Assembly (NCBI GenBank): GCA_963924565.1
Contig: OZ004607.1
Location: 35,712,001 to 35,776,000 of the forward strand
DNA from: Ascidiella aspersa
Taxonomy: Eukaryota
Direction of reading: 5' to 3'
Length of the DNA stretch: 64,000 nt
In this document: piece by piece, positions 35,101-43,800 of the stretch
How the letters are laid out: the number at the start of each line of letters is the position of its first letter
How positions within the stretch are numbered: position 1 is the first letter of the stretch
Translations under genes and position numbers: made by a program
Notes under the pieces: model-generated
The model's database searches: none
Told to the model about the DNA's origin: nothing
The model's input: the letters and a program-made list of their open reading frames with translations, nothing else

Positions 35101-38100
35101 ATGCGGTACTTTCCAAAGTTTAAAATCACCTACATGAAGGTGGTCTACGTTTTTTTCGTGTGTTGAAGCATACCTTTGAATGAAAACGGTGTTCTCTTCA
35201 GGGTAAGGCCGCAAAAACGGAAATTAAAAATATTTTTTCGTGCCATCCGCGTCATTTTATAAAATCAAGCAAAAATATTTGACAAGTTCAAGAAAGAAAA
35301 TGTCGTAAATTACCACGAGTTTCTGTTATATGGACGTATTTCGCCGCTTTTTATAACTATTAAGTATAAAAATACACAATGATTTTTTAATTAAGGGTTT
35401 ATCTTTTAATTTTAAGGTATTTTTTTTTAATTCAACTTAAAAATATGACCGCCACCACACATTATGCATGTCTGTTAACGGCGCGCGAAAAACAATTCGG
35501 GGGATCCAAAAAAGTCCGGTTAGCAGCTTAGAAATTACGAGAAACCGCAGTCACAAAACTCGGCCAAATTCGATTTCCCCGCAAACGACAACGAACAAAA
35601 AAAACGTTTCCTTTCAGCCGACACCAGCCTTTGCAAAACCCAAGGCTTATTTGCCTTCACTTGGCAGGGCAAACACGTTGGGCAGAACTTTGGCGACCGA
35701 ACGATTGTCCTGTATGGGCAGCGGCGCGGCGGCCTTTATCTTTGCACAGTAGCCGATTGTCCAGTTAATCTGTCCATAACGCGGGCGCCTCTGCTGTTTG
35801 CATTGGCCGAAGCGAAATGGTGGACCAAGCAAGGGGCTGTCGTTTTTCGAGTGGTCTTTGACAAGGAAAAAGGCCCAGTACTATAGGCGGCTACACTGGC
35901 AAATTAGTCGCTGATGCGCGGTAAAACCGGTCCTTGCCTTTTCCATTGAGTTTAAGACGCAAAAATATCGTTTTTGTGTATTAATGGACATTGTGTGACA
36001 TGTTTAAGTGAATTGGATAACTTGAAATAAAATATATAGCAAACAACGGTGCGTGATCTTTATTGTTGATTAGGCATTTTAAGAGGGAATGGATGTAAAT
36101 AAATTTGAGTACGCCGCAATACAAAACAACCTATATGGTTTTGCATAACCATGATTTAGATATAAAAAACATTATTAAAATGGGTGATGTTTTCTGCCAG
36201 AAAAACGAAATTAAGGAATATTTTTTCATTCAAATGGGACCACTTTAAGCCTAAAGGTGCCATGGTTTAAGTGAGAAGCGTATTTTTGTCTAATAAGGTT
36301 TTTCGGCCCTTTATTAACCACCATTTACACATAACGTAACAAGTTTACCATGCTTACCAGGCGTGATAGCTGTCATAATCCCATGCGAACTCGTACATGT
36401 GTGTATTTTGCCCGGGAAAAGATAGACGCCAAAAACGGACAAACATTCCGAACCGACAGGGAAATGTATGAAGAGGTCAGGGCTAATAATACGAAACCGG
36501 GGAAAGATTAGTGGAGGAAAATTTAACCAATATGGTGGGTTTTGATTCCTAGGAAATGCGACTACCATTGGAACCAAATAAGGGACCGTTTTTGTCTAAG
36601 CGATAAAGCTCGGTATGAAGTGTTCGAGCTGTCGTGTAAATCATCCCACGAAACATTTTTAAAATCTCTCAGACCGGCGTTTTTTTCACGAGACCAGGAA
36701 ATATTTGCCGCAAAAACAAGATACAACAATTTGGTGGGTTTCGGTTAAGCTAAATTAATTCAAAGTTAAACTTGGTACGAGGTGATATTCGTAAAATCGA
36801 CACATTCGCCCGTTTAAAGTTTTCCATCGTATTCTCAGGGTTAAGGTTTAAGGCCTCGACGGAAATCCTTTCCAGCAAAAATTTCAAAATTTTCGCGGCC
36901 GAGTTTTGAAGCCGGCGTCGTTTCACGAGCTCGCGCACAACTCAGTTGCGAAATCGAAAACAAAATTCCGCGCGTTGTCGGTCGTAAAGCGGCGATTAGC
37001 CACGTGCGAGAAACGAGCGCTATTTGTTTTCACACGCCGAGGTGAAACCAGGCAGCGATCGATTGGCCTACAGCAGTAGTTCTCAACCGGGGTGCCGCGG
37101 CACTTCAGGAAGGGGCCATTTTTAACGCACAAGGTGGCCGAGAGATATATCAAAACCTATAAGATTCCAATTTAGCTTCTTGATACAATTTTTTGTGTAC
37201 GATCAAAGTTCCAATAATTAAAAAGGTTTTTTTATCAAGCACAGTTAATGTGCTGTTTTAATCTCGTTTATTGTCACGTTACAGTTTAACCACTCTGCAA
37301 AATACAAGCAAGGGTGCCGCGAACTATTCATAGTTTCTATAGGGTGCCGCAAGCCAAAACGGCTGGGAAACACTTTCCTAACAGTAACCCGAGGCCGATT
37401 ATGGGCAGGGCACTTTAAACAGCACCCGGCGTCCAAAAATCGCAAAGCGAAACTGTTTCGCGGGCGATTCTTTACCACCTGCAGGGCGCAAGAATCCATC
37501 ATGCTGACTTAACGCTCGGCAGACTTCAAGGCAACCTTTCACATTGCGAGCCGCAATGTTTGTCGAGTTATACCGCGTTTGTCGTGCCGCAAAGCTAAGA
37601 AATCCCGCCAAATAATTTCCCCGCCTGTCCGCATGATTTCTGATCGCTGACATTAGCTTACGTACAGTATAAGCAAGCCTGGTTTTTGCCGTGTATTGAT
37701 GTATTAAGCCAATTGAAAAAAAATTTTCCCTTGTTTTGCGTAAGTGACTAAACTTATTTCGATCCGTGATGAGTTGGGCTTGAAAAAAATAGACAAAATA
37801 TAAAAATATTTTCGGAAATACTTTTTTTCACAACCAAGAGTACGAGGAATTAGCTTTGGGTATGACAATAATATCAAAGCCTTAATAATCAAAGTATAGT
37901 TGACGGTTGCAAACAATAAAGGATAAAAAGTAAACCTACGATCATGATTACCTCAGAAAATCTGTGTTGCACTACTTTGTTGGCGAAACAAACATTATGG
38001 TGACCATCATAGTCTTAGAAGTATTCTCAAAATACATAAAAGCCTTGATGTATATTTACAATTGACCACGCACACTAAAGAAAAAACGTAACTCAATATA

Positions 38101-40862
38101 ATCATTATTGCCCTTGGAAAATTACCCCAACCATTGTCGCCCTAAGACTTAGCAAGTTCCAACCGAATGCATTGGCAAATCTATTAGATCGTTTACTCGA
38201 AAACGATAGCTAATGACGTCATTGTTTCGTTACAGATCACACGAAGCTTGCGATTTCGATTGCACATAGCACATAGGCTTTTATTTAGTTTTTGTCTGAC
38301 CACTACAGTAGGCAGGGCTACAAAGCGAATATTTACTGAAGTACATTTTAAAATCTAAATGGTGATTTTCAACATTTTAAATCTTAATTGGCCCAATATT
38401 AACACAATGAAACTGCAAGCCCCTTCTATAAATGTATCTCATAAAATTAAAATAAGCCACGACAAAACAAATCAGGTTGTTGGTAACGATGAAGAACCAA
38501 ACAGAAGACGAAGTCCTTATAACACAGCACTTATGTTATTTTTAGCACGTTCTAAAAAGGTGGACAATTTGGATTTTTCGCCAAATACGTATTATGATAA
38601 ACTATCAAGCACAAAATCGGTTTCTAGCCCGAATTGGTCTGCACTAAAGGTTCGGGCCAAAAATTAAGTCGAAGCAGCATTCTTCAGCCGCGTTCGGTAC
38701 GGCGCCAACAGTGACCAGGGTTGGGGGGTTTTGGGAGGGGCCAGGGACGCGTAGGCGCGACGTCTCAAACGGGGACAAACAGATTTTCGGCTCAGGGCCC
38801 GCTGGTGGCGCCTGGGGCGGAAAATTGGGGGAGGGGCGATCCCGTAAACAAACAAGATCAGCTGCAGGTGTGTCCAGCGCTGTTACTGAAACAAAATCGA
38901 CAGCGGGAAAGGTAAGAGGGAAGGGTCGGTTTACGTTTCGCGGTTTAAAGGCGTAAGCCGGTAATGAGGTGCCAGAACTCGGCAGGGTTGCGTCATTTTT
39001 TTTGAAGTCCACCGAACGGACAACACTCGAGTTTTATTGTCGTAAGGTGCGATTTTTGTGGGAACTGTGAAACCGGTTCTTTTAGGTTCAATTTTGGGGT
39101 AAGCAGATTTTTCCAGAGTTGTACGTTTGTAAGACTTAACTTTGTGTTATAACGTTCATGAAAAACATCCATTAGGTATTGTTCCAAAAATACATCCGTT
39201 TTGAGGTATTATATCGGGTGGCACTCAGGACCGAATTAAGAATACTGTAGGCCCTATACTCACACACAAGGCACATTCATTCGTTTTTAAGCAAAAACTG
39301 TTCTGAATCTGTATCACTATCAGCCTTACGTCAATTTAACCTTAAAATTTTTTTTCCCAGGGCTTAAGGCTATAGCCTCAGTAGCCTAATGGTTAATCCG
39401 GCACTGGTGGCATTATAAAGCCACAAAGCCGTTTAAATACAAATTTTCGATTTTCCTCAAAGGCAGCAGTGCCGTGAAACCTCTAATGTTGTCACAATCA
39501 CCGGCACCACAATCGAGCACGCATTAAACAGCAATAGGGGCGTGTACCCACGTCGAACGCCAAACGCCGCAAAATTCACGTCACAAGCAAACCGCGAAGG
39601 AGCAGCGCCCTTCGACCGCAAAGTTGTCAAAGTGGCCGCAAACCTGGCAGCTCCTTGTTGCCTTGTCGTGCCCAAAGCGCCCATAAGCAGCTTCAGCTGG
39701 GGCTAGTTGGTTTGGCGTGCGATTGACGCAAAACGCGGACTATAGGACAAGCAATCGTTTTTGGATCACTTTTGATGCTTCCTTACCTGTTTGGGATAGC
39801 GTCGGACGTTTCAGCGACGCGAAAGAGTAGGAGAAAGATGGAGAGGCGCACCAGAAAGACTAAAACGCCTGGGAAGGGAGCCTTTTTGCTCCGGCTCCTC
39901 TTTAGCGCAACTTCTCGACGCTTCTTGTCTCTTAGCGAGCCACGCTCGTCAAGGAAGCCTACGACTTCCGGCCGTTGGCGTTGTACTACGCCCGCTGGAT
40001 CACTACAAAGGATACTACTACTGCTGCTTGTGACAAGTATTGTGCGGTTGCTGGGTGCGGGCGTCTTAGGCCGGTATTCGCACGGTTGCGATGAGAAGCG
40101 TTCATAACGCGGCCCAACGCATGACGCAGTGCCAGTGATGCCGCGTTCGGTAATGTCGTCACCACTGCCGCTGCGGTCTGAGCTTGCCCTGAGCTCCAAA
40201 CCACATCTAGACCGGGTGTCTCGAGAGGCGACAAGACCGCAGCTATGATCGCGCGCCAAGTGTACGGCCTGAGGAATTGGCGCGGCGCTTTTCATCGAAA
40301 TCTGACGTTGACGAATCGACGTTCGTCCGTGCATCGACCAAAGCCGGCCTTCCTTCATTTCCGCTTCATTAAATCGCCCGGCGGATATCTGACGTTGAGG
40401 GATCGGCTCCGAGTCGGGGCGGCGCCAAAGCTGAGCAGTGAACTTCAATCCAGCACCCTTGGACGAATCTCGGCGGGCGAGCGGCGGACGACAGCCGAGT
40501 CCGTTTCGAGTGCGCCCAAGATCACTTAAAAGCCCTTGACTTGGCGTTAGATTGCCGTCCGAGTGACGGCGGGTCCTGGTCTTACATGTGCCTGTTGATT
40601 TTGCCCTGATCCGCCTCTTAAAGCCACCACGCGAGTCTGGCCTGCTTTCGCGCCGTTGGCGGGCAATATCGCGTCGTTTTGCCGGGGCTTGCGTCGTCAG
40701 CGATGCCAAAAATGTAAGAAGCCGCTGGAGGTTTGGCTCGCTCGGAAGTGTACAGTGGTTTGGTGGTTCTTTAGTGTGCTGGGGTGGGGAGTACGGTGTT
40801 TTGACGTTTTCAGTATTGCTGCCGCAGCGGCATGCAGGCTGCGCGCCTGCTTCAAAGCCCAT
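8056..40862 (-). CDS. ADAMTSL1/3: ADAMTS-like protein (Punctin/MADD-4 family), spliced model: join(40862-39787,29889-29661,29205-29029,23077-22924,21939-21741,21270-21080,20580-20132,18620-18488,17835-17613,16783-16524,15795-15613,14837-14703,12682-12467,11844-11661,10880-10673,10202-10081,8808-8567,8156-8056); 4482 nt, ~1493 aa
   Basis: All junctions are GT-AG and phase-consistent. Domain order 3xTSR-Ig-linker-3xIg-4xTSR-PLAC with no metalloprotease domain. The pre-Ig segment PVIVKTKIPFIQ...VDVGAQAFVFPNTTVVIRCKVNRF resembles the ADAMTSL1/3 'YIQ...VGG.AYLLP.T.VV.RCP.RR' segment as I recall it. The first exon is less certain than the other 17. Confidence 0.9.
8422..8463 (-). ncRNA. Minimal type I hammerhead ribozyme motif (Penelope-like element type)
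   Basis: AUGAA-CUGAAGA-U-GGUAC(aagcuc)GUAUC-GAAAC-GUC^-UUCAU: intact core, 5-bp stems I and II, palindromic ACGU stem III. A broken inverted copy lies at 8485-8507. Confidence 0.7.
8567..8808 (-). CDS. ADAMTSL1/3: Exon: last TSR (NSSCPNRRCVPVWVSSPWSVCSKACGRDGFRTRILRC...)
   Basis: ttttctcccacgtag| acceptor, G|gtgaga donor, 242 nt, phase 2 to 1. Confidence 0.94.
9312..9358 (-). repeat. Degenerate hammerhead-like/Penelope remnant
   Basis: CUUGAACAA-GGCGAU(uugaauag)AUUGCC-GAAACGUU: stem II and GAAAC intact, CUGANGA core mutated. Confidence 0.4.
9725..9935. repeat. 'aagtcaagtc/gacttgactt' repeat family; also ~8826-8895, 18755-18905, 23085-23345, 29470-29640, 32255-32340
   Basis: Recurrent aagtc pentamers with shared aaaacagtgactt. 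Confidence 0.65.
10081..10202 (-). CDS. ADAMTSL1/3: Exon: TSR (CSKKCIGRGVGRRLRRLHCMSGDGTKELPRSACKGQPRPTR)
   Basis: tttgtgttacag| acceptor, AG|gtacgt donor, 122 nt, phase 0 to 2. Confidence 0.93.
10673..10880 (-). CDS. ADAMTSL1/3: Exon: TSR (FITGRWESCSATCGNGTRTR...CFSGSCPWWKPGPWRR)
   Basis: tttttctcgtatacag| acceptor, AGG|gtaagc donor, 208 nt, phase 2 to 0. Confidence 0.95.
11661..11844 (-). CDS. ADAMTSL1/3: Exon: TSR (VYSYAVGNFSECSSECGPSGFKRRMLRC...PCNRVDCPPR)
   Basis: tttcccatctatttag| acceptor, AG|gtaatc donor, 184 nt, phase 1 to 2. Confidence 0.93.
12467..12682 (-). CDS. ADAMTSL1/3: Exon: Ig4 (GCPVTGFPEPEVVWYFNG...VGVYTCTGTNEGG...)
   Basis: cccctctctag| acceptor, G|gtaagc donor, 216 nt; I-set motifs. 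Confidence 0.95.
14703..14837 (-). CDS. ADAMTSL1/3: Exon: linker and start of Ig4 (DPPHETNQ...VKANSSVMM)
   Basis: tttttctcctcag| acceptor, G|gtaaga donor, 135 nt, phase 1 to 1. Confidence 0.88.
15004..15354. repeat. 'ccgata/tatcgg' MITE family; other copies ~19615-19742, ~34065-34183, ~57030-57062
   Basis: Shared gtatcggatcggcaccgatacc..ctagtatcgg and ...ggacatc(c/t)ct ends. Confidence 0.7.
15613..15795 (-). CDS. ADAMTSL1/3: Exon: end of Ig3 (AYPEPYVIWRKD...DQGLFACEATNPSGSDYQASTLVLI)
   Basis: ttttccaacag| acceptor, G|gtgaga donor, 183 nt. Confidence 0.95.
16116..16327. mobile_element. MITE with ~30-bp imperfect TIRs, PIF/Harbinger-like ends
   Basis: tttacactacagctgggtgagctg ... aactcagcgcagctgtagtgtaaatggaccc. 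Confidence 0.6.
16524..16783 (-). CDS. ADAMTSL1/3: Exon: end of Ig2 and start of Ig3 (DNSLRI...DAGVYTCVARN...VTIRCPAN)
   Basis: gttgctag| acceptor, G|gtgaga donor, 260 nt, phase 2 to 1. Confidence 0.95.
16850..17300. repeat. Degenerate minisatellite-like array; related pieces at ~14360-14560 and ~15420-15520
   Basis: Recurring ggaattt(t/c)cgataat..ctgtgaacattagac..cattcctt..gaccaaaaaa. Confidence 0.55.
17613..17835 (-). CDS. ADAMTSL1/3: Exon: first half of Ig2 (...VDILCEATGNPPPAIEWYKDEIKLPDSNLR)
   Basis: ctttgtcacag| acceptor, AG|gtaggt donor, 223 nt; CxAxGxPxPxIxW I-set motif. Confidence 0.93.
18488..18620 (-). CDS. ADAMTSL1/3: Exon: acidic linker (IERFLVQFQTKLQEENETSDSDLFEIESNLEQTGSPEALFRIPQ)
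   Basis: ttattcag| acceptor (in-frame alternative starting at 18599), A|gtaagt donor; supplies the needed phase 0 to 1 bridge. Confidence 0.8.
19759..20089. mobile_element. hAT-type MITE
   Basis: TIR caggggttcttaaact/agtttaggaaccccct; TSD not preserved. Confidence 0.7.
20132..20580 (-). CDS. ADAMTSL1/3: Exon: low-complexity Asn-rich linker
   Basis: ctttttcag| acceptor, CAG|gttagg donor, 449 nt open frame, phase 1 to 0 fits both neighbours. Confidence 0.85.
20436..20512 (-). repeat. Coding (AAC)n microsatellite, two NHR-N9 blocks
   Basis: Plus-strand (gtt)n runs; translates KNNHRNNNNNNNNNHRNNNNNNNNNF. Confidence 0.9.
21080..21270 (-). CDS. ADAMTSL1/3: Exon: second half of Ig1 (FRHGTIEWLYEG...ESDSGNYTCLAG...)
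   Basis: acacag| acceptor, G|gtaagt donor, 191 nt; Ig core Trp and DxGxYxC motif. Confidence 0.93.
21741..21939 (-). CDS. ADAMTSL1/3: Exon: linker and first half of Ig1 (...PFIQTDYQPVVRVDVGAQAFVFPNTTVVIRCKVNR)
   Basis: ttttttttcgtcag| acceptor, AG|gtgaaa donor, 199 nt, phase 1 to 2. Confidence 0.93.
22924..23077 (-). CDS. ADAMTSL1/3: Exon: TSR (CKKRCGREFMRRVVSCIMQ...CRALRRPVGRKRCKLPRC)
   Basis: cacgttgcag| acceptor, C|gtgagt donor, 154 nt, phase 0 to 1. Confidence 0.93.
25805..25823 (-). promoter_or_regulatory. Consensus CTCF-binding motif
   Basis: Minus strand TAGCCACTAGGGGGCGCTA matches the CCAC(C/T)AGGGGGCGC core. Confidence 0.6.
26146..26351. mobile_element. Inverted repeat (96-bp arms, 14-nt spacer) with a hammerhead-like core on each strand; Penelope-like pLTR remnant
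   Basis: Arms 26146-26241 and 26256-26351 with 3 mismatches; CUGA(A/U)GA-U-GGCA..UGCC-GAAACGUU on both strands. Confidence 0.7.
27197..27390. repeat. Fold-back (MITE-like) inverted repeat, ~85-bp imperfect arms
   Basis: aaaagtggaatatcg..gtcatatacttaaatgtgataa..ggccaaagccgaagcag pairs with ctgcttcggatttggcc..ttatcacatttaagtatatgac.gatattccactttt. Confidence 0.85.
29029..29205 (-). CDS. ADAMTSL1/3: Exon: TSR (CDGPCGYQNRTLTCQRMLGTGRVEAVSREYCSKKPPVRRRRCLMTRKCRPRYVTRKWQP)
   Basis: ttttgcctaccag| acceptor, CCG|gtatgt donor, 177 nt, phase 0 to 0; six-Cys TSR spacing. Confidence 0.92.
29661..29889 (-). CDS. ADAMTSL1/3: Exon: TSR (R-WVLGAWGDCSVTCGRGVQERSVVC...CPQVPCEPEWVASPWEE)
   Basis: ctttccgctag| acceptor, GAG|gtgaga donor, 229 nt, phase 2 to 0; WxxxxWxxCSxTCGxG motif. 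Confidence 0.95.
30830..31094 (+). mobile_element. Diverged copy of the 39226-39406 MITE family
   Basis: Shared tactcacacacaag, tgtatcactatcagcctt, tatagcct.agtagcc.aatg. Confidence 0.7.
37075..37374 (+). mobile_element. hAT-type MITE (agggtgccgc subrepeats); related fragments at ~18350-18412 and ~26630-26732
   Basis: cagtagttctcaaccggggtgccgcggcac...ggctgggaaacact; three gggtgccgc motifs. Confidence 0.65.
39226..39406. mobile_element. hAT-type MITE with 8-bp TSD
   Basis: TIR caggaccgaattaa/ttaatccggcactg; TSD gtggcact/gtggcatt; related copy at ~30830-31094. Confidence 0.8.
39787..40862 (-). CDS. ADAMTSL1/3: Putative alternative first coding exon (358 aa + 2 nt): long basic/Ser-rich N-terminus, then a hydrophobic signal/anchor segment, ending ...SDAIPNR
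   Basis: Longest ORF in the window. Start context aaagATGG with an in-frame TAA upstream. Ends AAC AG|gtaagg (phase 2), matching the phase-2 acceptor at 29889 (AG+G = Arg). Hydrophobic APFPGVLVFLVRLSIFLLLFRVA at 39881-39813. Confidence 0.7.
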
Positions 40863-43800
40863 CTTTGCAATTTTGTGGAGCGTTTCTTGCTTTAAGCAGA
40901 CTTGAACTCGCCCTATTGATTAACCATTGCATAAAATCAAAAAACGAATTCTGACGAAAGGTCAAACAGAGGTTTAAAAGGTTAAGGTTGCCACTCGGTG
41001 GTTGGCGCGAAATCAGTCTTGTTAATATCCAACCACAGAAAATAACATAACACCAACGAAATCTGCCAAAAGTAAGCCAAAATGTTTTACACAAAGATTT
41101 CTGACAAAAATTGCAGAAAGCTGCTAAAGCTATAAACCAGTCTAGATGTTATCTAATCGCTTGGCAACATTTAAAAAAAACACACTCATACGTTAATACA
41201 TTACACATTTAAACACTTCCATATATATCGTGCTGGAAAAGTCAACATTCGGCCCCTATGGTCACTTAAGACGACAACCTTAAAAAAGCGCAAGGGGACA
41301 CCCTAAAATGTTCAGCCCTCTTTGCAGCATGTCAAGCGTGCCAATGTACATAGCGAAAAACATCCTAAGGGGCTAAGGTTACGGTAGCAGTACGCCTATA
41401 CTTGGAACTAAACCTCGCAAACACGGCGAAGACAGTAGGCTGATTTTCACGGGAACTGCTTAAGCGAGTGACTCTTTGTGTTTAACAAGGCAAACTAACG
41501 GGAACGCTTCTAAGGAGGCCGTCATTATACGCGACCAGTGGTCACTTTTCGAGCGGTCAGTAAGCAACCGGATACCAGAATTGTTCTGGTCAGAAGTGGC
41601 CCCCGAGTCGAGTTTCAACTTGGCACGGAGCCAGGACTGTAAGGCGACCCCCTGTGGACAGAACGAGCCCCTTTTGGAATTCAACGTTTGCCTAATGATC
41701 GAGCCACGTTGCAATGTTTGCTTAGCATACGCCTATCCGAAATGGCCGTTGTTGCGCTGACCACTGACCACACAGACCATCGTGGCTGAACAAATTGAGG
41801 GCCAAAATAACTCGCCGACTGAAATAACTGGTCAACAAACGCAGCTTGGTCACCTAGGCAGGATTGCCATTTATTAGTTGAAATTCCATTAAGCTGTTTG
41901 CCCGTGACTTGCTATGTATGTTTTAATCCATTTCGAAATTTGGCATTTGATGAAAACGCTGCAATTCAGATCATAAGCCAAAGTAAATTTTGCGTTCATT
42001 GAACGCAGTTTTGTGTTGTCTTGGTATTAGTTTAAAACATCCCATTGCGTTATAATAAAAGTAGAAGGTTCGAACTTACAATACAGACAATAATGTCGTG
42101 GCCAAGTTAACATGCATGAAAGCACGAAGCTTCAATTTTATGTTGTTCGTCCTCAAAGACAAATAAAGTTCGCTCTAAAGATATTATTTGGGACTTGGGT
42201 TGGAGAACATCTGGTGAATACAGCCGCATTAGTTCCTTCTCACTAAAGGCATTCCTTATTTGGCCCGGACAAAACCACCTTTTTTTAATAGCAACTACAA
42301 AACCGGGCGGCCCCTTTTTCAACTTGCTACCTCGGGCATGACGTAAGCATGCTTTGAAGCCTAGATTAGTTCCACATGTGGTTCCGTCGGTCGCGCAAGA
42401 CAAGCTGTACAAATAAGACCCCGCCACCCCGTTGTAGTAACAGCAACAATAGCAAACTATCTGCGATGCCGCGGTTAGCCGCAAACAACATTATTCCAAG
42501 TTACAAATTGGCGAATAATTAGAAGGCTTTGTAGGCAGTCACGTGCAGTTAAGCACGTTAAGGCCGCTTTAAGACGCCTGTATTAAGCAGTCAACAAGCC
42601 CAGCGTTTGTATCCACGCTGGTGAAATAGAGTTCGAGCGTTTAGCGCATTTCCTCAATTTAATCCCTGATAAAGTATTTGGGCTAAAACCCCTGCTGAAC
42701 AACGTTAAATCTAAACATCCGCGTATGGAAAAATATCCCGAGTTTACATGAGGACTCATACCAAGAAGCTTACCGCAAGATAACGCATAAATCCGGACTC
42801 TTTATGTTAAAAACTATTCCAATTCCTACTAAACTCCGAATATATGTGCAAACGTTGCGAAATGACCAAACTATAGCTATAGCTATTTATATCGAAATTT
42901 ATCCATAAAGGGTATTACTTTAGTAAATCGAACTCCTATACTCGTTGCAAGTAAAATTCAGCTCAATTTAATACTCAATGTTCTGACAGCTTACTTTAGT
43001 AAAAATGTTACATAAAACTCGAGTTCGCCTGAACACTCAAAACACCCAAGTTTTCCTGAAGCCCCAAATCCCCAAACACGTTTCAGCTGACTTTCAAATT
43101 GCCGCAAAAACACAATATATACACCATTTCGCCCGAAACAATATATACTCAATTTCGCCCGAATCCAGCCTCAGTCAATCAATGCCTCTTTTGTCAAGCG
43201 GTCTTCATTATAGCCAGTCCTGCGTGGAGCGGGGTGAGTACTGAGTAGTTTGGACGTCAGGCAGCACTCCAGTGTACGTGAGGTCGTCGTGACGGCCAGT
43301 GGGGTATTTTTGTCACGTCCACTGCTTTTTCCCATGCCAGATAATTGCTTCGTTTCCACGACCCACTTCGCTTTGCTACGGAAATAGCCGAACGCAGAGG
43401 TAGAAATGCGACAGGGGCGAAACGTTAAAGCGGAACATATCGAGCCATGTGGGTGGGTTTAACGTTTTATATTATCGCGTGGTTGTTTTTCAGCGCAAAG
43501 CTAGGGCTAATGGCTGAAAACGACAGATTTTCTTGGTCTTAATACATTCCGAGACCTAAAGTTCGGCCCGTGCATTGACCCTGTAAAACGTGGTCTGTTA
43601 AAGCGTTTATGAAAACGACAAAGTCGTACCTTTGTAAAACCCTATCTGGGTGTAAATCTATAGGGATCTGATCTGGGAGCTGTTTGCTTTAAAACCGTTA
43701 AAAGCCTGTTTAAAACTTAATCTTTGGACGAAGCTTGCTTGGGTGTAGATTATATAGTTAGAAGAGTGTTATTATAGTAAGGTTTCTCGCAAAAGTGGCA

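Noticed and set aside
43182-43240. Plus-strand ATG...G|gtgagt mini first exon
   Set aside because: No convincing downstream partner exon or recognisable product
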